Source: Gammaproteobacteria bacterium (lineage in GTDB: Bacteria; Pseudomonadota; Gammaproteobacteria; Natronospirales; REEB76). From it: 37,283 bases of DNA. The position numbers and the translations under genes are program-made. The notes beneath the pieces were generated by a model, which was not told the DNA's origin, did no database searches, and saw nothing but the letters and a program-made list of their open reading frames with translations. Shown here in pieces: positions 15,502-22,890 of the stretch. Where the stretch lies: contig JBOIAY010000089.1 in assembly GCA_050739255.1 (NCBI GenBank), positions 1-37,283 on the forward strand, in the 5' to 3' direction. The number at the start of each line of letters is the position of its first letter. Position 1 is the stretch's first letter.

Positions 15502-16575
15502 TTAGTGATGACGCACTTCGGGGGGTGGATTGGTGGTGAGTTTAGGCCCGTTATGACGCCACGCGGGTTCCTTGTTGAGTGTGTCCTGGGTAAATCCGCG
15601 CAACCACTTCACCAGCTTGCCGTAAGGCCTGACCAGATTGGTTGACAACACCCCGCCCGGCGGCTCGTCCATGAACGGCATGAACTTGTCTGGAAAGCCC
15701 GGCATGGTGCAGCCGATGCAAATTCCGCCGACGTTGGGGCAGCCACCGACACCGTCCAGCCAGCCGCGCTTGGGCACGTTGCACTGCACCGCGGGACCCC
15801 AGCAGCCGAGCTTGACCAGGCACTGCGGTTGGCCGTATTCGGTAGCGAAGATACCTTGCTCGTAGAATCCGGCGCGATCGCAGCCTTCGTGCACGGTCTT
15901 GCCAAACAGCCATGTCGGGCGGCCCGCATCATCCAGCGGAATCATCGGCGCCACTCCGGCAAGCTGACGCAACAAATAGAGCAGCGTCTCCATGAAGTTG
16001 TCCGGCTGCACCGGGCAACCCGGCACATTGACTACTGGCAAGCCAGCCTTGGACTTCCAGTTCCAGCCCAGGTAGTCGTTGACGCCCATGCAGCCAGTGA
16101 CATTGCCCTGCATGGCATGGATTCCGCCGTAAGCCGCGCAGGTGCCGGCGGTGACCACGGCCAAGGCCTTGGGCGCCAACCGATCAAGCCATTCCGGTAT
16201 TGTGATTGGCTGTCCGGTTTTGGGGTCATTGCCCATGTAGGCCCAATAGCCGTCGCCGCTGAGGTGTTCGTTTGGAACGGAACCTTCCATCACCAGCACA
16301 AAATCAATCTCGCCGCGCTCGGCTTGGTGCCAATAGGCCATCAATTCATCGCCGTTCTCATAGGCCAAATCCGGGTTGTGCAAGTGCACCTTGGGCAGAC
16401 CTGGGATCGCGCCCAAGGCCACTTCTTCAATGCTAGGCTGGCTCGCGGCGGTGATTGAAATTGAATCGCCGTCGCAACTCATGCCGTCATTGATCCAGAG
16501 GATATGTACTTCCGCAAGATTGGATTTACGTTGGGTCTTGCGCCCGTAGGGCGCGCCGCCGATAGCGTCAGCCAT
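15502..16575 (-). CDS. hhyS: [NiFe]-hydrogenase small subunit, group 1h, no Tat signal
   Basis: 357 aa with Fe-S ligand patterns (MSCDGDS, GTCAAYGG, PGCP, CIGC). The N-terminus MADAIGGAPYGRKTQRKSN has no RRxFxK twin-arginine motif, which is consistent with cytosolic 1h enzymes. Confidence 0.95.
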   Translation of the reverse strand: MADAIGGAPYGRKTQRKSNLAEVHILWINDGMSCDGDSISITAASQPSIEEVALGAIPGLPKVHLHNPDLAYENGDELMAYWHQAERGEIDFVLVMEGSVPNEHLSGDGYWAYMGNDPKTGQPITIPEWLDRLAPKALAVVTAGTCAAYGGIHAMQGNVTGCMGVNDYLGWNWKSKAGLPVVNVPGCPVQPDNFMETLLYLLRQLAGVAPMIPLDDAGRPTWLFGKTVHEGCDRAGFYEQGIFATEYGQPQCLVKLGCWGPAVQCNVPKRGWLDGVGGCPNVGGICIGCTMPGFPDKFMPFMDEPPGGVLSTNLVRPYGKLVKWLRGFTQDTLNKEPAWRHNGPKLTTNPPPEVRHH

Positions 16576-16735
16576 GATGTGCCTCCTGTCCGATCACCGC
16601 CGGCTTGCGCCTTGCGGTTCAACAACACCAGACGTGATCCCTATCTAATGAAGCGGGATCCAGTCATCCGAGCAGCTTTTATTCTGCATGCCAGCTTTGC
16701 TCAAACACCTTGGGGGTTTCAAGGCGTACCAATGC

Positions 16736-16753
16736 CTAGGTAGTAATACCTAG
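16736..16753. promoter_or_regulatory. Perfect palindrome upstream of hhyS, candidate operator for the adjacent LuxR-HTH response regulator
   Basis: CTAGGTA-GTAA-TACCTAG (7-4-7), located 161-178 nt upstream of the hhyS start in the 240-nt intergenic gap. The heptamer TACCTAG resembles NarL/FixJ-class half sites (TACYYMT). A functional link is inference. Confidence 0.3.
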
Positions 16754-16815
16754 AGTGATGGTACGGATGGACTAAACGCGGGGAATCGCCGCAAACAACG
16801 CTTGCGGGTGGTTGA

Positions 16816-17442
16816 CTATTTATGCAAATGCAGTTCGTGTATTCCGCAAAGCACCGCCATCGTGATTAATTCGGTGATGGAGCTGGCCCGCATCTTGAGC
16901 ATGACGTGCTCGCGGTGGTGCTCCACGGTGCGTGGACTGATTTTCAACTGACGCGCGATTTCCTTGTTGGGAAGATCCGAGACGACCAAGGCGAAGATTT
17001 CCTGTTCGCGCGACGTGAGGTTGACGAACCTTTGTTTGACCACGTCCTTTTCATCCGCCAGCCTGCGATCATCGGCATCCTTCTTGAGAGCTTGGCGCAC
17101 ACTGGCCAGAAGAACCTGTTCGCTGAACGGCTTTTCCAGAAAATCCACCGCACCACGCTTGAGCGCAGTAACTGCTTTGCCGGCATCACCATAACCTGTC
17201 ATGAAAATAATTGGTAGGAAAACCCGCTGCTCTCGCAATCTATTCTGCAATTCCAGCCCCTCCATATCCGGCATACACATATCGGTAATCAGGCAGCCGG
17301 GTTGTTCCGGATCGAGTCGCTCAAGAAAGGCGCGCGCGCGCCGATAACTGTTGACAGTCAGCCCCGTTGGCCGCAATGAGCGTACCAGCGCCGCCAGAAA
17401 GAGCCGGTCATCGTCCACAGCGTGTATCACTTGCTCAGTCAA
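16816..17442 (-). CDS. FixJ/NarL-family response regulator (REC + LuxR-type HTH)
   Basis: 208 aa. The receiver domain shows VIHAVDDD ... CLITDMCMPDMEG ... K. The C-terminus LTSREQEIFALVVSDLPNKEIARQLKISPRTVEHHREHVMLKM is a LuxR/GerE HTH. The start overlaps the kinase stop by 8 nt. Confidence 0.9.
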   Translation of the reverse strand: MTEQVIHAVDDDRLFLAALVRSLRPTGLTVNSYRRARAFLERLDPEQPGCLITDMCMPDMEGLELQNRLREQRVFLPIIFMTGYGDAGKAVTALKRGAVDFLEKPFSEQVLLASVRQALKKDADDRRLADEKDVVKQRFVNLTSREQEIFALVVSDLPNKEIARQLKISPRTVEHHREHVMLKMRASSITELITMAVLCGIHELHLHK

Positions 17443-18709
17443 GGTGACACTCGCGGTCGGTCGTCGGCAGGGTGAAATGAAATATGGCGCCGTGACCGGG
17501 TTCGGCGACCGCCCACAGCTGTCCGCCGTGGGCTTCGATGATCGTGCGGCTGATGGTCAGACCCATCCCCATACCGCTATTCTTGGTCGTATAAAAGGGT
17601 TTGAATATGCAATCGAGTTGTTTGGAGTCCAGGCCGGGGCCGGTGTCAGCCACGCTCACCTGAACCCGATTCGGTGCTTCCCGGTACGCCCGGACGAGGA
17701 CCCGGCGGGGGCTGCCGCCGTTTTCGCGCATGGCTTCGATGCTGTTATGCACCAGATTCAGCAGCACCTGTTCGATCTGTACGGAATCCACGTGCACAGG
17801 CGGTAAATCTGGTTCGATCTCAAATTGCAATTCGATGCCGTTGTCGCTGGCGTCGGCCTCAATCAGCGGCGACACATCCTGGAACAGAGTGGTAAGCTCG
17901 CAATCCGAAAGGCACTCATTGCCGTTGCGTAAAAATCCGCGCAGATGGCGCACTACTTCACTGGCGAAGGAGGCCGCCTCCCTGGCTTGGAGCAGAGCCT
18001 CGGCAAATTCATACTCTTGACTCGCACCCGAGTTGAGCAGTCGCTGCGCAGCTTCACAATTGAGCACGACTGTACCCAATGGTTGATTCAGTTCGTGCGC
18101 GAGACTCGAGGCTAATTCTCCGACGGTGTTCAAACGGGAGGCGTGGGCTAGCTGGGATTGCAGGTTGCGCAGCTTGTGGGCATATTCCTGCTCACGTGAT
18201 ACATCAATCATGATGGAACGAAAGTGCATGGTGCCGGGGTGTCCTGCCTCTCGCACACTCAGCAGCCGTATATTCACGATCCGACCCTGGCGATTTTTGA
18301 CGCGCAGTTCCTGACTGATGCACTCCTCGCAAAGGCGTAAACGGTGGTAGTGAGCATGAAATAGCTGTTTGTCAGTATCCACCACCCATCGCGAGAACGG
18401 TTTATCCAACAACCACGACTGGTTCCAGCCGAGGAGTCTAGCGCCGGTGCAATTGATCTTCTCGATGCGAGCGGAAGCGCTGAGCAGCAGGTAACCTGCC
18501 GGCGCGTGTTCATACAAGTCCGCGTAATCGAGAATTTGATTTTGCCCGTTTAGTGGGCTGACGTCGGCTCCATCTCCCGCGCGGCGTTGGCTGGATGGGG
18601 TGACCATCGGCGAATCAGCGGGTTGTGTGCAGTTTCGCTCCAGGTTGGCCTGGCTTGGCTTAAAACCAGTTAACCATACCTCGGCGAGTGCACCGATAAT
18701 ACTTGCCAT
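17435..18709 (-). CDS. Soluble PAS-domain sensor histidine kinase (FixL-like architecture)
   Basis: 424 aa with no obvious transmembrane segment. It has a PAS-like region (YEHAPAGYLLLSASARIEKINCTGARLLGW...), an H-box (LASSLAHELNQPL), an N-box (LLNLVHNSIEA) and G-boxes (DTGPGL, GMGMGL). Confidence 0.9.
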   Translation of the reverse strand: MASIIGALAEVWLTGFKPSQANLERNCTQPADSPMVTPSSQRRAGDGADVSPLNGQNQILDYADLYEHAPAGYLLLSASARIEKINCTGARLLGWNQSWLLDKPFSRWVVDTDKQLFHAHYHRLRLCEECISQELRVKNRQGRIVNIRLLSVREAGHPGTMHFRSIMIDVSREQEYAHKLRNLQSQLAHASRLNTVGELASSLAHELNQPLGTVVLNCEAAQRLLNSGASQEYEFAEALLQAREAASFASEVVRHLRGFLRNGNECLSDCELTTLFQDVSPLIEADASDNGIELQFEIEPDLPPVHVDSVQIEQVLLNLVHNSIEAMRENGGSPRRVLVRAYREAPNRVQVSVADTGPGLDSKQLDCIFKPFYTTKNSGMGMGLTISRTIIEAHGGQLWAVAEPGHGAIFHFTLPTTDRECHLD

Positions 18710-18897
18710 CGTTTCCTACCACAGACCGGTTTGGCGGCTGACGTGAACAACGACTACTATATATTATGAGTGTTGATACGCGCCGGGGGATAATATGGAT
18801 GCATCCTGAGATTCAATCCCATTGTCGGTGAGCCATGGCTCCTAGTGTTGCGCCGATGGCACATAATTTAACATAAACATGGATTGACGATTACCTG

Positions 18898-19341
18898 ATG
18901 CTCTTTGTCTGGCCACGGCACTTTCTGGGTCTCCCTTTGCACCCCCTGCTGGCACACTTTCCGTTGGTGCTGTGGCTCAGCGTGCCGGTATTCGATCTGC
19001 TCAGCCTGTGGCGCGGGCCGCAGCCGTGGTGGCACATTGCCCTGGGCTTCACTGCAGTAGGCGCGGCCATCGGTGCGTTGGCCGTAATTACCGGTCTGGT
19101 CGAATACATCCACCTCTCGGAAACCGGCAGCAATGACGTACGCTTGGCGGCCTGGCACGGTGTGCGCACCTCCATGGTCTGGTGCATTCTTACCATCAAG
19201 CTGATCGCAGCCAGCTTCTTTGAACCTGCTCCAGCCGTCATCCTGACTTGTCTGGTGGTTGACGTGCTGGCTTGTGCATTGCTGTTGCAGGGCGCTTTTT
19301 TTGGGACCAAGATCACTTACGGCAAATACGGACAGCACTGA
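18898..19341 (+). CDS. DUF2231-like integral membrane protein
   Basis: 147 aa with about 4 predicted TM helices. The N-terminal LPLHPLLAHFPLVLW matches the HP-x-L-x-HFP pattern I associate with DUF2231. Confidence 0.65.
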   Translation: MLFVWPRHFLGLPLHPLLAHFPLVLWLSVPVFDLLSLWRGPQPWWHIALGFTAVGAAIGALAVITGLVEYIHLSETGSNDVRLAAWHGVRTSMVWCILTIKLIAASFFEPAPAVILTCLVVDVLACALLLQGAFFGTKITYGKYGQH

Positions 19342-19512
19342 TTCACACTTTATGACAATGCTCCTGATCAGTGACATGCCATAAGATGGGAACCGCTACC
19401 AGAATCGTCCTTGCTGTTCGCTGAGGTCTGCAGCCATCGGGCTCATTACAGGCGCATCAGCCCAAACACAGGCTACACTGGAATTTCTGTCGCTTCCGTC
19501 TGCCAAAGCATA

Positions 19513-19746
19513 TCAACAGGTTGTTGAAAAACAACCTGTTAGCCGGGTACAGGGGCGCAGAGTATTGCTCCGCGCGGCTCCACAGGATGTGGAGCCTGGA
19601 CTTGCCAGCGCAGCAGGGAAAGCGGAGGTGGCAAGTCCCCGCATTTTCAATCAGTCTAAATGATTGAAAAATGGAGAAAACCGTAAATCACATTTTCGGT
19701 TTTCGTTTGAAAAAGGGCACGGATGGCCTTTTCAACAAACTGTTAA
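19513..19746. mobile_element. MITE-like non-autonomous element related to the IS5-family element at 24233-25535
   Basis: The left end is AACAGGTTGTTGAAAA (19515-19530). The right end is TTTTCAACAAACTGTT (19729-19744), whose reverse complement is AACAGTTTGTTGAAAA. Both ends match the IS termini (CTAGCAGGTTGTTGA / CTAGCAGTTTGTTGA), including the same left-G / right-T asymmetry. The 234-bp element has no ORF and its interior is packed with perfect hairpins. Confidence 0.45.
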
Positions 19747-19828
19747 ACAACCACGCAGTTTGTGACTTTGACCTGCCTTCTCAAAGCATCTAGGCGCCAT
19801 GCGATGGCAGAGGATTGAACTTGTGATT

Positions 19829-20260
19829 ATGCAGCCCGACAGCCGCAGCGATACCCGTCAGACGTTCTTCGATGTATGGCGCAAACTGCAAGATCAGCAA
19901 CCCCTGAGCGCGCTGGAGACTATTGTAGCGGAGGTCATCCGCCTGCACTCCGAATACCAGCCGCTGCTCGAGCAGCCGGACAAAGTCCTGGACCGGGACT
20001 GGCGGCCGGAAGGCGGCGAAACCAATCCCTTCCTGCACATGGGACTACACATCGCCATCCGTGAACAGCTCTCCATGGGTCGGCCGCCGGGAGTCAAAGC
20101 TGCCTATAAAGAGCTTCTGACACGTGCCCGCGATTCCCATATTGCCGAGCATCTGATGCTGGAATGCCTCGCCGAAACCCTGTGGCACGCCCAGCGGGAG
20201 GGTCGGCTGCCGGACGAACAGGCCTATCTGGCCTGCTTGCGAAGCCGGGCTGGCAAATAG
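19829..20260 (+). CDS. DUF1841-family protein
   Basis: The motif NPFLHMGLHIAIREQLSMGRPPG is characteristic of DUF1841 as I recall it. Start is taken at ATG 19829 (MQPDSRSDTRQTFFDVWRK); the ORF-track start is 19799. Confidence 0.7.
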   Translation: MQPDSRSDTRQTFFDVWRKLQDQQPLSALETIVAEVIRLHSEYQPLLEQPDKVLDRDWRPEGGETNPFLHMGLHIAIREQLSMGRPPGVKAAYKELLTRARDSHIAEHLMLECLAETLWHAQREGRLPDEQAYLACLRSRAGK

Positions 20261-20362
20261 CCGCCGCCTTGTAATAATTCTCCGTTTGTACCACTCTCTT
20301 GTCTGTGGGCGCCCAAACCAGGGCCTCATTCAATACTTTAGCCAATTACTTGGAGAATAGTT

Positions 20363-20698
20363 ATGAAAGATTCCAATCTATTGATCAAATCCGCGCTCGC
20401 CAGTGTCATCGCCATGGGCGTGATGGGCCTCAGCGCCAGCGCCTTTGCCGGTGGCATGTCGGACAATTCCTCCGATATGAGCAAGATGCAGATGATGGCC
20501 AAGCACAAAACCATGATGGAAATGAAGGAAGGTATGCAGCAGTGCTTTGGCGTCAATGCCGCCTATAAGAACGATTGTCAATCACCGGGCCATTCCTGCG
20601 CCGGTCAGGACTCCAAGGCGCGCGATCCGGGTGCTTTCGTGCTGGTGCCCGCGGGTCTGTGCGAGAAAATCGCTGGCGGCCACACCAAGGCCATGTAA
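20363..20698 (+). CDS. bufA: DUF2282-type bufferin precursor peptide (signal peptide + 4-Cys core)
   Basis: GGAGAA RBS. The Sec signal is [29 protein letters not shown]. The core is [46 protein letters not shown], which fits the DUF2282 pattern (EKCYGV..KGxNDCA....SCAG......W..VP.G.C.KI.GG). It lies immediately upstream of the DUF692 gene. Confidence 0.85.
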   Translation: MKDSNLLIKSALASVIAMGVMGLSASAFAGGMSDNSSDMSKMQMMAKHKTMMEMKEGMQQCFGVNAAYKNDCQSPGHSCAGQDSKARDPGAFVLVPAGLCEKIAGGHTKAM

Positions 20699-20709
20699 GA
20701 CGTTTGCCG

Positions 20710-21576
20710 GTGTCCAACGAACCGGCATTTCAGGCGAGTCCCATCCCGGCGCAAGCCGGGATCGGTCTTCGGCCTCCGCATTTCCAACAGGTTCTGGACG
20801 AGCACCCGTCGGTACCCTGGTTTGAGGTTCACAGCGAGAACTTCTTCTGTGCGGGTGGCGAGATGCTGCGCATCCTCGACGCAGTGCGCCGTGAGTATCC
20901 CGTAAGTCTGCACGGTGTGGGCTTATCGCTCGGCAGCAGCGGCCGGCTGCAAACCGGACATCTGAGCAAACTCAAACAACTGATTGAACGCATGCAACCC
21001 GCGCTGGTGTCTGAACATCTGTGCTGGGGTGCAGTGGACAATCGCCACCTCAATGATCTCCTGCCTTTGCCCTTTACCGAAGAATCATTAAATCTGGTCG
21101 TGAACCATGTCACCGCCGCCCAAGACTATCTGGACCGCAGAATTCTGCTGGAAAATGTGTCCACCTACCTCACCTATCGTCATTCCACCATCCCTGAATG
21201 GGAATTCATCACCGCGCTGGCGGAGCGCAGCGGCTGTGATATTTTGCTGGACGTGAACAATGTGTATGTCAACGCCACCAACCACGGCTACGATGCCGAG
21301 AAATATATCCGTGCGATTCCGAAACAGGTGGTCAGGGAAATCCATCTGGCGGGCTTCACACGCAAAGAAGGCTTACCGGTGGATCTGCTGATTGATTCCC
21401 ACAGCCGTCCGGTAGCCGACGACGTGTGGCAACTGTATCGTCTGGCCGTCAGCCACTGCGGGCCGGTGGCCACGCTCATCGAATGGGATCAGGACATTCC
21501 GGCGCTGGAGGTGCTGCAAGGCGAAGCCGCCAAAGCCGAAGCCATACTCCATGAATACCACGCCCTCGCTGCATAG
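20710..21576 (+). CDS. bufB: DUF692 / MNIO-family (MbnB-like) multinuclear non-heme iron oxidase
   Basis: Motifs AGIGLRPPHFQQVL, FEVHSENF, VSLHGVGLSLGS, LVSEHLCW, LLENVS and IHLAGF are typical of DUF692 TIM-barrel enzymes. There is no ATG after the bufA stop, so the start is assigned to GTG 20710 (TTG 20704 is an alternative). The ORF-track start at 20575 overlaps bufA and is rejected. Confidence 0.85.
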   Translation: MSNEPAFQASPIPAQAGIGLRPPHFQQVLDEHPSVPWFEVHSENFFCAGGEMLRILDAVRREYPVSLHGVGLSLGSSGRLQTGHLSKLKQLIERMQPALVSEHLCWGAVDNRHLNDLLPLPFTEESLNLVVNHVTAAQDYLDRRILLENVSTYLTYRHSTIPEWEFITALAERSGCDILLDVNNVYVNATNHGYDAEKYIRAIPKQVVREIHLAGFTRKEGLPVDLLIDSHSRPVADDVWQLYRLAVSHCGPVATLIEWDQDIPALEVLQGEAAKAEAILHEYHALAA

Positions 21577-22327
21577 TCTGCAAACCGGCTTTGCCCGCTG
21601 GATGTTGGGCGAGCGCGGCTTGCCGCTACCGGAAACCGTTGCCGGCAACGGTCTGGCGTCCGAGGCGCGGCTGCAAATCTACCGCAACATCATCTTCAAT
21701 AATCTCACGGCGACCTTGCGCACCGCCTACCCCGCCGTGCTGAAGTTGGTGGGCGAGGAATTCTTCGATGGCGCAGCCGCACGTTACATCCGCGATTATC
21801 CCTCGGCCAGCGGCAATCTGCAGGATTTCGGCGCAGCCTTTCCGGAATGTCTGGCTGCGATACCTGAAACGGCGGCACTACCTTATCTCGCCGACGTCGC
21901 GCGGCTCGAATGGCTACGCCAGCAAGCCTATCTCGCCGCCGATGCCCAGCCGCTTGAACCAAATGCACTCGCCGCCCTGCCGGACGACAAGCAGGATATT
22001 TTGCGTCTGACGCTGCATCCCAGCATCCGATTGTTTGAATCGCCCTATCCGATACTCGACATCTGGGGATTCTGCCAGCAGGACAACGGCGAACGTCTTG
22101 CTTTGAGAGACGCCGGCCAACGAGTGTTGATATGGCGCGCGGAGACACAGATTGCAATGCAGGCACTGGCCCATGTGCAATATGTATTTTTGAAATCACT
22201 ACTGGACGGACAGATGCTTGCCGATGCGCATATGCCAGCGACTCAGATCGAACCGGACTTTGACATGGGCGCCTGTCTCCGCTGGCTGTTTTCGATGCAA
22301 CTGATTACCGATTATTCTTTCGTTTAA
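21551..22327 (+). CDS. bufC: DUF2063-family partner protein of the MNIO enzyme
   Basis: 258 aa overlapping the bufB stop by 26 nt. The N-terminal LQTGFARWMLGE...RLQIYRNIIFNNLTATLRTAYPAV matches the DUF2063 pattern. The position after DUF692 is canonical. Confidence 0.8.
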   Translation: MNTTPSLHSLQTGFARWMLGERGLPLPETVAGNGLASEARLQIYRNIIFNNLTATLRTAYPAVLKLVGEEFFDGAAARYIRDYPSASGNLQDFGAAFPECLAAIPETAALPYLADVARLEWLRQQAYLAADAQPLEPNALAALPDDKQDILRLTLHPSIRLFESPYPILDIWGFCQQDNGERLALRDAGQRVLIWRAETQIAMQALAHVQYVFLKSLLDGQMLADAHMPATQIEPDFDMGACLRWLFSMQLITDYSFV

Positions 22328-22349
22328 TATCACAACGGGGAATCAACAC

Positions 22350-22859
22350 ATGCGCACTCTGCTCGGACGCACCTGCAAAATATATGGCAAAACTGTCTGT
22401 GGCCTGCTGTGGCTCACGCCCGTGAGCCTGCTGCTGTTCCGCCTGTGGGTGGCGGTGGATTTCTGGCGCGCGGGCGTGGTCAAGGTCAGTGACATGCAGA
22501 GCACGGTCAGCCTGTTTACCAGCCTGTACCACGTGCCACTGCTGCCGCCGATAGCAGCCGCGTACCTCGGCACCGCCATCGAACTGATCCTGCCGTGGTT
22601 TCTGGGGTTCGGTCTGCTGGGACGCCTCACCGCTTTGTTCCTGTTCTTCTACAACATCATCGCTGTGATTTCCTATCCAGGGCTGTGGCCGGATGGTCTG
22701 TGGAAGGACTTCTGGGGCAGCGGTTTCACCGACCACAAGGTCTGGGGGCTGATGCTGCTCGCCATCGTGCTGTTCGGACCCGGCAAGTTGTCACTGGACT
22801 ACCTGCTGCAAAAATGGGTGTGGCCGCGCTTCTGTCGCAGAACCGGAACGGCGCGCTGA
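22350..22859 (+). CDS. bufD: DoxX-family membrane protein, fourth gene of the bufferin-type operon
   Basis: 169 aa with 4 hydrophobic helices and a DoxX-like pattern (RLWVAVDFWRAGVVKV...). The last 45 codons include the 109-bp sequence repeated at 24076-24184, so the native C-terminus is ambiguous. The symbol follows my recollection of the bufferin nomenclature. Confidence 0.75.
   Translation: MRTLLGRTCKIYGKTVCGLLWLTPVSLLLFRLWVAVDFWRAGVVKVSDMQSTVSLFTSLYHVPLLPPIAAAYLGTAIELILPWFLGFGLLGRLTALFLFFYNIIAVISYPGLWPDGLWKDFWGSGFTDHKVWGLMLLAIVLFGPGKLSLDYLLQKWVWPRFCRRTGTAR
22726..22834. repeat. Direct repeat copy 1 (109 bp, 100% identical to 24076-24184), inside the DoxX 3' end
   Basis: Base-by-base comparison: TCACCGACCACAAGGTCTGGGGGCTGATGC...GGGTGTGGCCGCGCTTCTG is identical in both copies. 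The flanking bases differ on both sides. Confidence 0.95.
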
Positions 22860-22890
22860 TAGCACCGTGGGATAATTCGCGAATCCGGGG

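Noticed and set aside
16685-16730. Possible sigma-54 promoter upstream of hhyS. Read on the minus strand: TGGCATGCAGAATAAAAGC and TGGTACGCCTTGAAAC.
   Set aside because: Neither has the required TGGCAC-N5-TTGC spacing. The GC element is missing in the first and mis-spaced in the second. The adjacent regulator is FixJ/LuxR type, not an NtrC-type enhancer-binding protein.
16781-16799. Short hairpin CCGCAA-ACAACGC-TTGCGG just downstream of the response-regulator stop.
   Set aside because: It has only 6 bp and no U-tract on the minus strand, so there is not enough evidence to call it a terminator.
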